Origin: an uncultured Alphaproteobacteria bacterium
GTDB taxonomy: Bacteria; Pseudomonadota; Alphaproteobacteria; RF32; CAG-239
Assembly: GCA_944391465.1 (NCBI GenBank)
Contig: CALXTS010000001.1
Span: forward strand, 26,441-90,440
DNA length: 64,000 nt
Direction of reading: 5' to 3'
Both the position numbers and the translations under genes were made by a program. The notes under the pieces were generated by a model. It had not been told where the DNA came from and made no database searches. It saw only the letters and a program-made list of their open reading frames with translations. Positions 50,244 to 59,484 of the stretch are shown here, one piece after another (position 1 is the stretch's first letter; every line of letters starts with the position of its first letter).

Positions 50244-51158
50244 ATGATGAAACAAGTACAATTAAATACCGGAAGTATGATTCCGATTATAGGGTTAGGA
50301 ACGTGGAAATCAATGCCTGGCGAATTATATTCGGCTATTCGGTGGGCTATTAAACTTGGTTATAAGCATTTTGATTGTGCGGCTATTTACGGAAATGAAA
50401 AAGAGGCTGGTCAAGCGTTAGCAGATGCAATTAAAGAAGGAGATGTTAAACGAGAAGAATTGTTTGTAACATCGAAATTATGGAATGATGCTCATGCCGC
50501 GCAAGATGTGGCTCCGGCTTTGGAAAATACTTTGCGGGATTTGCAATTGGATTATTTGGATTTGTATTTGATTCATTGGCCGGTGGCTCAAAGAAAAGGG
50601 ACAGGTATTCCTGAAAATTCTGATGATATTTTAAATATTCCGGAGGAAGTGACTTGGGCAGAAATGGAAAAACTTTATCTCTTGGGTAAGACAAAATCTA
50701 TAGGTGTTTCTAATTTCAGTATTAAAAAGCTACAACAATTAATACAAAAGGCTGATATCATTCCCGCTGTAAACCAGATAGAATCGCATCCGTTTTTACA
50801 ACAGAAAAAGATGATTGATTTTTGTAAGCAAAATAATATCGCCATTACGGCTTATTCTCCGCTCGGTTCCGGAGGAGATAGTAATAGAAGCGTGCTAGAT
50901 AATCAGATTATTAAAGAGATTGCATGGCGTGTTAAAGCTACTCCGGCTCAAGTTGTTTTGGCTTGGCAAGTGCTTCGAGGTGTTATTGTTATTCCTAAAT
51001 CTATCCATGAAGAACGTTTGCGTGAAAATTTATCCGCATTAAATATTGAACTTGATGCAACTGATATTGAAAAGATTAATGGGTTAGATGAAAATTATCG
51101 TTTTATTGACGGAAAAGACTTCCTTTATGGAAGTGAAGATTTGTGGGATGAAGACTGA
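50244..51158 (+). CDS. Aldo/keto reductase family oxidoreductase.
   Basis: AKR catalytic tetrad context (IPIIGLGTWK; HFDCAAIYGNE; LYLIHWP; IGVSNF). Confidence 0.85.
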   Translation: MMKQVQLNTGSMIPIIGLGTWKSMPGELYSAIRWAIKLGYKHFDCAAIYGNEKEAGQALADAIKEGDVKREELFVTSKLWNDAHAAQDVAPALENTLRDLQLDYLDLYLIHWPVAQRKGTGIPENSDDILNIPEEVTWAEMEKLYLLGKTKSIGVSNFSIKKLQQLIQKADIIPAVNQIESHPFLQQKKMIDFCKQNNIAITAYSPLGSGGDSNRSVLDNQIIKEIAWRVKATPAQVVLAWQVLRGVIVIPKSIHEERLRENLSALNIELDATDIEKINGLDENYRFIDGKDFLYGSEDLWDED

Positions 51159-52132
51159 CTTAATAAAAAATTCAAAACATCTTGTGGCTTTTCCCATTGA
51201 ATACTGATTTCTAAAACATTAATTCCTTCTTGTAAATCGGATGGGATCTTAACAAAATCTTTTGCGGTGGTATAAAGAACAGCATCTTGTTCTTTTGCTA
51301 CCGCTTTTAGTTTTAATAATTCTTCTCGATTGTAGAAATGGTGGTCTGGAAAGTCAAATGATTGAACAATCTCAAAACCACACTCTCTTAATGATTGATA
51401 GAATTTAGATGGGCGGCCGATACCTGCAAAGGCAATGACTGATTTGTTTTTTATATCTTGTTTTTGTGGGGAGATATGTCCATAAAAAACAGGGATATTT
51501 TTAAATTTCTCGGCAATATGGTATTTGTCTTCACCAATAATGGCTACAGCGGAAACTCTTTTTATACCTTGAGAGAAAAATTCTCGCATCGGACCGGCAG
51601 GGATACACAAACCATTTCCTAAACCAAATTGTCCGTCAATAACCAGAAGTGAAATATCTTTATATAAATAGGGGTTTTGAAAGCCGTCATCCATGATGAT
51701 AAAGTCTGCTCCAAGTGAACAGGCTTTTTGAGCAGCCTCAAAACGTTTATGATTAACTATAACCGGAGCCTGTCTTGCCAAAAGAAGAGGTTCATCGCCG
51801 ACATCTTGAGCTGAGTGCTTGTTTTTATCAACCTGGATATTTTGTAATTTTCCGCCATATCCTCTGGTTATGAAGTAAGGGATTTTATCTGCATGTTGTA
51901 ATAATTGAGCTATAGAGACGGCAATTGGGGTTTTCCCTGTCCCTCCGGCAGTGAGATTTCCGATACAAATGACTTTAGATGGGCATTTTTGAGGTTTGAT
52001 TAATTTGATTCTCAGGGCTGTCGCCAAGCCATATATTAACCCGAGAGGGCTTAATATAAAAGACAATAAATTCATGTCTTTCCAATGGCTTGGCGTGCGC
52101 ATCTTAAATATACTCTTTAACTTTTTCAACAA
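51125..52132 (-). CDS. lpxK: Tetraacyldisaccharide 4'-kinase LpxK.
   Basis: P-loop VICIGNLTAGGTGKTP. Confidence 0.85.
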   Translation of the reverse strand: MLKKLKSIFKMRTPSHWKDMNLLSFILSPLGLIYGLATALRIKLIKPQKCPSKVICIGNLTAGGTGKTPIAVSIAQLLQHADKIPYFITRGYGGKLQNIQVDKNKHSAQDVGDEPLLLARQAPVIVNHKRFEAAQKACSLGADFIIMDDGFQNPYLYKDISLLVIDGQFGLGNGLCIPAGPMREFFSQGIKRVSAVAIIGEDKYHIAEKFKNIPVFYGHISPQKQDIKNKSVIAFAGIGRPSKFYQSLRECGFEIVQSFDFPDHHFYNREELLKLKAVAKEQDAVLYTTAKDFVKIPSDLQEGINVLEISIQWEKPQDVLNFLLSQSSSHKSSLP

Positions 52133-53363
52133 TACTGTCTAATACTTTAGCCTCGCTGGTTGCCCAGTTGTATGCCAGACTGCATTTGGCTTCAAGTAAG
52201 TCTTTGTTGCTTAAGAGTTGACGAATTTGTTCTTCTAACTCTACAGTATCATTTACTTGTATAAGAGCATCGGCTTTTTTTGCTCTGTTTACGGCATCCG
52301 TAAAATTATGCATATACGGACCGACTATTGTGGCATCTCTGACACGTGATGGTTCAATAAAGTTTTGACCTCCGTGCGGGATTAAAGAACCTCCGATAAA
52401 TACAATCTTTGAAATGTCATACCAAATGCCCATTTCTCCAATGGTATCGGCAATATAAACATCCGTACTTGTTGTAATTTTTTCATTTTTAGAGCGTAAA
52501 GCCGTTTTTAATCCCATTTCATTGATTTGTTGTTGAATTTCTGTTCCACGGGGAGGGTGTCTCGGGGCGATAATCGTTAATAGATTCGGAAATTCTTCTT
52601 TTAAGCGTTTATGAATTGAAGCGGCTTTGATTTCTTCATCGTTATGTGTTGAGCTAGCCAGCCATAGCGGACGCTTTCCGATTTGACTTAAAATATCATT
52701 TTTTTTGTTTTCATCAATCGGCAGGGGCAATCCGGAATATTTCAAATTACCGAGGCAGATTGCATTTTCAGCTCCGAGAACTCTCAATCTGTAAGCATCT
52801 TCTTCTGATTGTCCGAGGCAAAGGGTGAAACAATTAAGCAATTCTTTGCAGACGAAATCAAATTGCTGCCAACGTTTAAAACTTTTGTTAGAGATTCTAC
52901 CATTGATTAAAATCAGTGGAATATTGCGCTTTTTTATACTTGAAAGAATCGCAGGCCAAAGTTCAGATTCAAACCATAATGCAACATCGGGTTTCCAATA
53001 CTTTAAGAATCTTCTGGTGAAAATAGGGTTATCTATAGGAATATATTGATGAAAAGCTCGTTCAGGGAGGCGTTTATTCATAACGTCTGCAGAAGTAACG
53101 GTTCCTGTTGTAACCATTACATGAACATCGGGATACGTTTCCAAAATTTTATGAATTAACGGGAGCATAGAGATTGATTCTCCGACAGAGGCGCCGTGCA
53201 ACCATATTAAGCGACCTTCCGGACGTTTTAATGTTGGTTTGCCAATACGTTCATTAAAGCGTTTTATATCTTCTTTCCCTCGTTCTTGGCGTTTTTTTAT
53301 GTAGCCACGAATGGCTATGGGGTAAAGAATAGTTATCAGTGCATTGTATATATTAATAAACAT
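52104..53363 (-). CDS. waaA: 3-deoxy-D-manno-octulosonic acid (Kdo) transferase WaaA/KdtA.
   Basis: Glycosyltransferase GT30 N-terminus (LIWLHGASVGESISMLPLI) and C-terminal GT-B blocks (VFIGGSLIPHGGQNFIEP). Confidence 0.85.
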   Translation of the reverse strand: MFINIYNALITILYPIAIRGYIKKRQERGKEDIKRFNERIGKPTLKRPEGRLIWLHGASVGESISMLPLIHKILETYPDVHVMVTTGTVTSADVMNKRLPERAFHQYIPIDNPIFTRRFLKYWKPDVALWFESELWPAILSSIKKRNIPLILINGRISNKSFKRWQQFDFVCKELLNCFTLCLGQSEEDAYRLRVLGAENAICLGNLKYSGLPLPIDENKKNDILSQIGKRPLWLASSTHNDEEIKAASIHKRLKEEFPNLLTIIAPRHPPRGTEIQQQINEMGLKTALRSKNEKITTSTDVYIADTIGEMGIWYDISKIVFIGGSLIPHGGQNFIEPSRVRDATIVGPYMHNFTDAVNRAKKADALIQVNDTVELEEQIRQLLSNKDLLEAKCSLAYNWATSEAKVLDSIVEKVKEYI

Positions 53364-53378
53364 ATCTTTTTTCCTTAT

Positions 53379-54125
53379 TTAACGATGCTTTTTAACTTTG
53401 GGTTTATCTTCATCCGGTATGACCGGTATCATTTCTAATTCTTTATCTATGCGCATGCAAGTTTCATTAAAATCTTTTTCTATCTTTTTACGATATTCTT
53501 CTAGTTGTTCGGGGGAAGAATCTTGCGGAATATAAATTGGTTCGGATATATTGAAAATCCCTTTGGAAAAAGGTACCGGAATCATCATTTTATCCCAGGC
53601 TTTTTCTATAACAAATGAGTTGGCTATACTGTATGTCATGGTTACGATTGGTTTTCCGGTTTTGTGTGCATAATAAATCGGAGATTTGCCTAAACGCATT
53701 CTTGGTCCGCGAGGTCCGTCAGGGACGATAAAAATAGACGTATTGTCCTTTTGTAAGGTGCGCATAAGTTCTAATGCAGCACTGCTTGCATTTTCATTGC
53801 TGGAACCATCAATTGTTTTGATGCCGAAGTTTTTCAGGAGTTTAGCAATAAGTTGTCCGTCTCGGTGAGGAGATACCAAGGCATAAAGATCACAATACTC
53901 TGTCTTGAAAAAAACAGGAAGCATAACGGCTCTACCGTGCCATGCAATACAAACGGCTCCCGTATCTTTGATGTTGATGAAATTCTCCAAACCTTCAATT
54001 TTCCATTTGGTTGTCTTTTGAACCATTCGAATATAGTTGCATAGAGTTGAACTTATGAGATTGCTGCAAATATTAGAATTGAGCAAGCGGCGGGTTTGAT
54101 GTCTGATAAATTTGCGTAAAGTCAT
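53379..54125 (-). CDS. DUF374 / lysophospholipid-acyltransferase-like protein commonly found upstream of kdtA.
   Basis: IAWHGRAVMLP ... VSPHRDGQLIAKLL ... IVPDGPRGPR blocks. Confidence 0.7.
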   Translation of the reverse strand: MTLRKFIRHQTRRLLNSNICSNLISSTLCNYIRMVQKTTKWKIEGLENFINIKDTGAVCIAWHGRAVMLPVFFKTEYCDLYALVSPHRDGQLIAKLLKNFGIKTIDGSSNENASSAALELMRTLQKDNTSIFIVPDGPRGPRMRLGKSPIYYAHKTGKPIVTMTYSIANSFVIEKAWDKMMIPVPFSKGIFNISEPIYIPQDSSPEQLEEYRKKIEKDFNETCMRIDKELEMIPVIPDEDKPKVKKHR

Positions 54126-54136
54126 TTCTTAATTAT

Positions 54137-54427
54137 CTATCTTGGGTTTGTATCTATAACGTTAACACCAATACTTTCATTATCGGTGACGACAACTTCT
54201 CCGTGTCCGATGAGGACATTGTTGGCATATATGTCAACATAGTCATTAATGCCGCGATCAAGTTCAACAACTGCTCCGCGTCCGAGTTTTAAAAGTTGGT
54301 TTACGCGCAGATCTGCGGTACCCAGAGTGATTGAAACTTCAACCAGAATATCATCTTCAGAATTTGCTTTTTTATTAAAAGCCATATATTTGCTCCTGAT
54401 TCCTACAAAATTATTTTTTACAGACAA
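54137..54427 (-). CDS. fliN: Flagellar motor switch protein FliN (SpoA domain), short form.
   Basis: ILVEVSITLGTADLRVNQLLKLGRGAVVELDRGINDYVDIYANNVLIGHGEVVVTDNESIGVNV aligns closely with the FliN C-terminal SpoA domain. Confidence 0.75.
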   Translation of the reverse strand: MSVKNNFVGIRSKYMAFNKKANSEDDILVEVSITLGTADLRVNQLLKLGRGAVVELDRGINDYVDIYANNVLIGHGEVVVTDNESIGVNVIDTNPR

Positions 54428-54642
54428 CTTTTCGCGTTTATCATATAAGATATTTTTGAAACTGCAAATTTTTTCTGCATACTTATTTACACTTATTTTG
54501 AATAAAAAATATTTTTGTGGATTATAAAGTTATTCGTTGCGGGAAATACTTATCTGTGGCAAAAAAGTTAGTGCTTTGATGTTGCAGATGCAATATCTCT
54601 TTCTTATATTAAAGGTGTGTTTAATTTATTATAGGTGTTGAA

Positions 54643-56976
54643 ATGGCTTTGAAAAAAGAAAAGTATCCGGTGTTGCCGCTTAGGGATATTGTTGTTTATC
54701 CGAAAATGATTGTACCTTTGTTCGTCGGTCGAGAAAAGTCTATCAACGCTTTGCAAGAAGTGGTCGATAATGACCAAAATATCATTCTTGCGACTCAAAA
54801 AGATGCTACGGTTGAAGATCCTACCGATGACGATATTTATTATGTCGGTACTATTGGTACGGTTTTGCAGCTTTTGCGTCTTCCCGATGGTACGGTTAAA
54901 GTTTTAATTGAGGGGCTTGAACGCGTTAAGATTGATAAATTTTATAAAAATCAGTCTTATATTGAGGCCAGTGTTACGATTTTGCCGGACTCGGATAAAA
55001 ATACTCAAGAGTTAGAAGCCTTGGTAAGAGCTGTTTTATCTCAGTTTGAAGAGTATGTTAAACTTTCTAAAAAAACGCCTCCTGAGGTGTTGGTTGCCGT
55101 TAATCAAATAGATGATTACAGTAAACTTGCCGATACGATAGCTTCTCATCTCTCTCTTAAAATTGCCGATAAGCAGGCTTTGTTAGAGGGGGCTACTCTT
55201 AATGAACGTTTTGAAAAGATTTTAGGCTTTATGGATGCGGAAATTACCTTGCTTGAGGTTGAGAATAAAATTAAAACCCGCGTCAAAAAACAAATGGAAA
55301 AAAGCCAGAAAGAATATTATCTGAATGAACAGATGAAGGCTATTCAGAAAGAACTCGGTGATGGTGATGAAGATGCCGAGATTTCTGAGTATATGAAAAA
55401 AATTGAAAAGACTAAACTTTCCAAAGAGGCTAAGGATAAGGCTCTGGCAGAAGTTAAAAAACTTAAAAATATGAGTGTGATGTCTGCCGAGGCTACGGTT
55501 GTCAGAAATTATCTGGATTGGTTGTTGGATATTCCATGGAAAAAGAAATCTAAAGTTAATAAAGATTTGAATAAAGCCATGGATGTTCTTGAAAAAGATC
55601 ATTACGGTCTTGAGGAAGTGAAAGAGCGTATTGTTGAATATCTTGCTGTTCAATCAAGAGCAGATAAAGTAAAAGGTCCGATTTTGTGTTTGGTTGGTCC
55701 TCCGGGGGTTGGAAAAACATCTCTCGGAAAGTCGATTGCAAAGGCTACAGGTCGCAATTTCGTCAGAGCATCGCTCGGCGGAATGCGTGATGAGGCTGAA
55801 ATTCGTGGTCACAGAAGGACATATATAGGCTCCATGCCGGGAAAAATTATTAAAGGTATGAAAAAAGCCGGTACGTCTAATCCTTTGTTCTTGTTAGATG
55901 AAATAGATAAAATGGGGAATGATTATCGCGGAGATCCGGCTTCTGCTTTGCTTGAAGTTTTGGATCCGGAGCAAAATGCCGCATTTAATGATCATTATCT
56001 TGAAGTGGATTATGATTTGTCTGATGTGATGTTTGTGACTACGGCTAACTCTATGGATATGCCGCGGCCGTTGCTTGACCGTATGGAGGTTATCAGACTT
56101 TCGGGTTATACGGAAGATGAGAAACTTCAAATTGCTAAAAAACATTTGATGCCGAAGATATTTGCCGAGAACGCGGTTAAACCGACGGAACTTGAAATTA
56201 CCGATGATGCTATTTGCAGTATAATTCGTTATTATACGCGAGAGGCCGGTGTGCGTAATTTGGAAAGAGAAATTTCAAAACTTGCTCGTAAGGCGGTAAA
56301 AGAAATTTTACTTTCTAAAGAAAAAAGAGTGCGCGTTACCGAAAAGAACATTGATAAGTATCTCGGTGTTATCAAATATCGTTTCGGAGAAGCCGAAGAG
56401 CAGGATCATGTCGGTGTAACAACCGGTTTGGCTTGGACGGAAGTCGGTGGAGATATTTTGTTTATTGAAGCTGTTGATATGCCGGGGAAGGGAATCGTTA
56501 AGCAAACGGGAAAACTCGGTGATGTGATGAAAGAATCTATCGAAACGGCTTATTCCGTTGTTCGAGCTCATGCCAAAGATTTGGGAATCGAGCCTGAAGT
56601 GTTTGAAAAAACAGACATTCATGTTCATGTTCCTGAAGGGGCTACACCTAAAGATGGTCCGTCTGCCGGTATAGCCATGTACACGACTTTGGTTTCAACG
56701 TTAACAAAAATTCCGGTCCGTAAAGATGTGGCAATGACCGGAGAAATAACTTTGCAGGGTAGGGTGCTTCCTATCGGAGGGTTAAAAGAAAAGTTACTTT
56801 CTGCTCTGCGTGGGGGAATTAAAACCGTAATTATTCCGAAAGAGAATGAGAAAGATTTGAAAGAAATTCCTAAAAATGTTTCGGAATGCTTAAAAATCGT
56901 TCCGGTTTCGGAGGTCAGCGAAGTTCTAAAAATTGCTCTGAACGGAAAGCTCAAACCTTTAAAGAGTAAAAACTAG
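54643..56976 (+). CDS. lon: ATP-dependent protease Lon.
   Basis: Lon N-domain, AAA+ Walker A GPPGVGKTS, and protease domain catalytic Ser (PKDGPSAGIAMYTTLVS). Confidence 0.97.
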   Translation: MALKKEKYPVLPLRDIVVYPKMIVPLFVGREKSINALQEVVDNDQNIILATQKDATVEDPTDDDIYYVGTIGTVLQLLRLPDGTVKVLIEGLERVKIDKFYKNQSYIEASVTILPDSDKNTQELEALVRAVLSQFEEYVKLSKKTPPEVLVAVNQIDDYSKLADTIASHLSLKIADKQALLEGATLNERFEKILGFMDAEITLLEVENKIKTRVKKQMEKSQKEYYLNEQMKAIQKELGDGDEDAEISEYMKKIEKTKLSKEAKDKALAEVKKLKNMSVMSAEATVVRNYLDWLLDIPWKKKSKVNKDLNKAMDVLEKDHYGLEEVKERIVEYLAVQSRADKVKGPILCLVGPPGVGKTSLGKSIAKATGRNFVRASLGGMRDEAEIRGHRRTYIGSMPGKIIKGMKKAGTSNPLFLLDEIDKMGNDYRGDPASALLEVLDPEQNAAFNDHYLEVDYDLSDVMFVTTANSMDMPRPLLDRMEVIRLSGYTEDEKLQIAKKHLMPKIFAENAVKPTELEITDDAICSIIRYYTREAGVRNLEREISKLARKAVKEILLSKEKRVRVTEKNIDKYLGVIKYRFGEAEEQDHVGVTTGLAWTEVGGDILFIEAVDMPGKGIVKQTGKLGDVMKESIETAYSVVRAHAKDLGIEPEVFEKTDIHVHVPEGATPKDGPSAGIAMYTTLVSTLTKIPVRKDVAMTGEITLQGRVLPIGGLKEKLLSALRGGIKTVIIPKENEKDLKEIPKNVSECLKIVPVSEVSEVLKIALNGKLKPLKSKN

Positions 56977-56984
56977 TATGTTTA

Positions 56985-57018
56985 GAGAAGGCGCAATGAG
57001 CGCCTTCTTTGTTTTTTT
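56985..57018 (+). terminator. Rho-independent terminator after lon.
   Basis: gaaggcgc / aatga / gcgccttc followed by tttgttttttt. Confidence 0.8.
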
Positions 57019-57253
57019 ATAAGAATCGCAAAATCAGTTTTTTAGCTTTTGAATCTCTTCAGAATCCTTTTATTTTCAAGCATTAGCTGTGAATAACTCT
57101 TAAAAAATCTTTTTTTTGGGAAAAAAATACCTTTTTTTGTTTGTAAACGTTGATTTTGTTTGACTTATAAAAAAATAAAGGCTTAAATTTCTTTGTAGCC
57201 GGGGAGTGTTTCTCCGCTGGTTTATTTTAACTTATATTAGAGGAGTTACCGTC

Positions 57254-57526
57254 GTGAATAAAAACGAATTGATTGCTAGTATTGCTAGCGAAACAGGTTT
57301 GACTAAAACTGATTCTGCAAAAGCTTTGGATGCTTTTGTTTCTTCTGTTACCAGTGCTTTGAAAAAAGGTGATGAAGTTCGTTTGATTGGTTTTGGTACT
57401 TTTGCAGTTTCTAAACGTTCTGCTACAACTGGTCGCAATCCGCGTACCGGTGCCGAAATCAAAATCCCGGCTCGTAAGCAGGCTAAATTCAAAGCTGGTA
57501 AAGCTCTTCAGGATTCTGTAAACTAA
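57254..57526 (+). CDS. hupB: DNA-binding protein HU. The GTG start at 57254 is preferred; the ORF track extension from 57206 is unlikely.
   Basis: VNKNELIASIASETGLTKTDSAKALDAF ... GFGTFAVSKRSATTGRNPRTGAEIKIPARKQAKFKAGKAL is a canonical HU. It is followed by two tandem hairpin terminators (57538-57560 and 57576-57607). Confidence 0.9.
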   Translation: MNKNELIASIASETGLTKTDSAKALDAFVSSVTSALKKGDEVRLIGFGTFAVSKRSATTGRNPRTGAEIKIPARKQAKFKAGKALQDSVN

Positions 57527-57575
57527 TATAAGCGATGGGGCTGACGATTGTTCAGCCCTTAGGTTTATGTTTTTA

Positions 57576-57607
57576 TAAAAACGGGGTTTTATATCCCGTT
57601 TTTTTTG
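57576..57607 (+). terminator. Rho-independent terminator, the second of two after hupB.
   Basis: aaaaacgggg / ttttatat / cccgt followed by T8. Confidence 0.8.
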
Positions 57608-57752
57608 ATGTCTTATGAATGGAAAATATTAATTAGTTGAGTAATTTATGGGATTTATGCCTGTTTGGAGCTTTTATTTTATTAAAAAATCTCTTTATTT
57701 GTTTGATATATTGATGTTTTCTAAAAAAAAATAAAAAATGTGATTTTTTTAC

Positions 57753-57781
57753 TTGATTAATTTTTTTTGTGAGTGTATAAA
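57753..57781 (+). promoter_or_regulatory. Putative sigma70 promoter for tRNA-Val: TTGATT, a 17-nt spacer, then TATAAA.
   Basis: Hexamers at 57753-57758 and 57776-57781, about 19 nt before the mature tRNA 5' end. Confidence 0.4.
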
Positions 57782-57799
57782 GTTCTTCGTAAACAAGAT

Positions 57800-57875
57800 G
57801 GGCGCTTAGCTCAGCTGGAAGAGCATCTCGTTTACACCGAGAGGGTCGGGAGTTCGAACCTCTCAGCGCCCACCA
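57800..57875 (+). tRNA. tRNA-Val (anticodon TAC).
   Basis: GGGCGCTTAGCTCAGCTGGAAGAGCATCTCGTTTACACCGAGAGGGTCGGGAGTTCGAACCTCTCAGCGCCCACCA, with the anticodon loop ttTACac. Confidence 0.88.
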
Positions 57876-58021
57876 ATCAAAGCCTTTGGTCAAGACCGAA
57901 GGCTTTTGTTTTATCTATAAATATCCCCATATATAAGCTACCAAATAGCTACCTATAATATTTTATAAATATAAGATGCTATATAATGAAAAAGCCCTGA
58001 ATTGAATTCAGAGCTTTTCTT

Positions 58022-58801
58022 TTACTTTCCTGTATGGAATTTTATTTTATTCTTTCCACCTATATTTAAAAGTGCTTTTTCTGTGTTTTCGGTTAATGCA
58101 ACCAAATTTTTTCCATATTTGGATGAACAAGCCCCAAGGCTTCCACTAATTTTCAGGGTTTCTTTTTTATTTATCTTAAATGATAGTTTTTCTATATTTT
58201 CTAAAAGACGCTTTGCTACTATCTTTGACCCTTTTTCATCGGAATTAGCTAAGAAAATTATAAATCTTTCCTCGTCTAAACGGGCAACCAAGTCACTGTT
58301 TCTTAAATCCTTTTCTAAAATGTTGCCGGATTGTTTTAGAACTTTGTTGACTGTTTTTGTGCCATATTGTTCTTTAATTTGAGATATTTCATTTATTTTT
58401 ATCATCATAATTGCAAAATTTTGCTTTTCTTGCAGTGCTTGATTAATTTTTTCAGATGCCGCTTCCGTAAAATATTTATAATTATATACGTTTGTGATGT
58501 CATCTCGACGAGCTTTTTCTATTTTATCTTCGGCATCATAATACAAAATCATCATGAGAATGATGAATGTGCAAAAAAATGTTATTAAGTTTGATATAAT
58601 CAAAATGTAAGATTCTATGTAAACGCCATATGCAAACCAACAAACAAGTCCAAGACTGTATATTGTGTACATGTAGCTCGACATGTTTGTAACGTTTTTG
58701 GTCTCAATTATGCGCAGAATTTGTATTGTAAAAGTCAGGATAGTTGCTAATCCGGCCGCATATCCGATATAGGTAAATAAAGTCTCTTCATCAAATAACA
58801 T
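58022..58801 (-). CDS. Fusion protein: an N-terminal PQ-loop (SemiSWEET-like, 3-TM) membrane domain plus a C-terminal degenerate GGDEF domain (A-site LDEER) with an intact RxxD I-site.
   Basis: The N-terminus (TFTIQILRIIETKNVTNMSSYMYTIYSLGLVCWFAYGVYI) fits the PQ-loop repeat. The GGDEF-domain blocks read DITNVYNYKYF, IKINEISQIKEQYG, and RNSDLVARLDEERFIIFL (cf. RxxD-LVAR-GGEEF). Confidence 0.6.
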   Translation of the reverse strand: MLFDEETLFTYIGYAAGLATILTFTIQILRIIETKNVTNMSSYMYTIYSLGLVCWFAYGVYIESYILIISNLITFFCTFIILMMILYYDAEDKIEKARRDDITNVYNYKYFTEAASEKINQALQEKQNFAIMMIKINEISQIKEQYGTKTVNKVLKQSGNILEKDLRNSDLVARLDEERFIIFLANSDEKGSKIVAKRLLENIEKLSFKINKKETLKISGSLGACSSKYGKNLVALTENTEKALLNIGGKNKIKFHTGK

Positions 58802-58891
58802 TTCAGCACTCCCGAATTTATTTTTTTTAGACTAGTCTATTACTCTTTAATTAAAAGTTAAATTTATTAGAATATCCTCAGGATACTTAAA

Positions 58892-59401
58892 TTGTGTTTG
58901 GTAAAAAATTTGAAAAAATATGCTTTTAAATTAGATATAACCTCTTTATATTCTTATGTTTATGAGAATAAAATAATGCTTTATCCGGTATTACTTTATA
59001 TATCGGCAAGGTTTTTTAATGCTTTTTCTGTTTTGTCCGAAATTGTTTATCGAATTTCATTTTCAGATAATAAATCAGTTGGTTACTCAAAAATTAATTT
59101 TACAGAACATTTTGCTGATTTTTATAATTTATATATTTGGGATTACTGGAACATTTCTCAAAATGAAAAGTTTGAAACAGATATTGAGCTTTTAAAACAT
59201 TTTTTGACGATTTCTTTTGATGAAGATGAACTCTTAAAACAATCATCGGATTATCCAAGATTTATTTGGGATAAGCCACAAAATGTTAATGATAAATGTT
59301 TAATCGATTTGTTTGTTCTTGATCCTTCAGGAGAATTGGATGTTTTGCATTTTCAAGAAAACCTGCAAAAAATTATAGACGATTTTTTAGAATGGATTTA
59401 A
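58892..59401 (+). pseudogene. Chloramphenicol-acetyltransferase (CAT) family-like ORF. It appears truncated and lacks the catalytic His region. The ORF track start is a TTG.
   Basis: KLDITSLYSYVYENKIMLYPVLLYISARFFNA matches CAT type-A [32 protein letters not shown]. No HHAVCDG motif is present, and the ORF is only 169 aa. Confidence 0.4.
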
Positions 59402-59484
59402 GGATAATTATGTTTCTGTAATTGACTATTCAATTAACTTAGGTTACAAAAAAACTCAGTTTTTATCTAGCAAAGGATTATATT

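Noticed and set aside
54428-54642. Sigma32-type heat-shock promoter upstream of lon.
   Set aside because: CTTTGA and CTTATAT-like elements exist, but the spacing does not fit consensus convincingly, so no call is made.
55222-56954. Several antisense ORFs within lon. Similar antisense ORFs occur within recA, gatB, pgi, mutL and the hpn genes.
   Set aside because: They are fully contained in strongly supported genes on the opposite strand, with no RBS or conservation signal. They are typical spurious AT-rich ORFs.
59402-59484. Possible yybP-ykoY (Mn) riboswitch or pH-responsive leader upstream of the TerC-family gene.
   Set aside because: The 83-nt leader is AT-rich and lacks the GC-rich conserved helices of that riboswitch.
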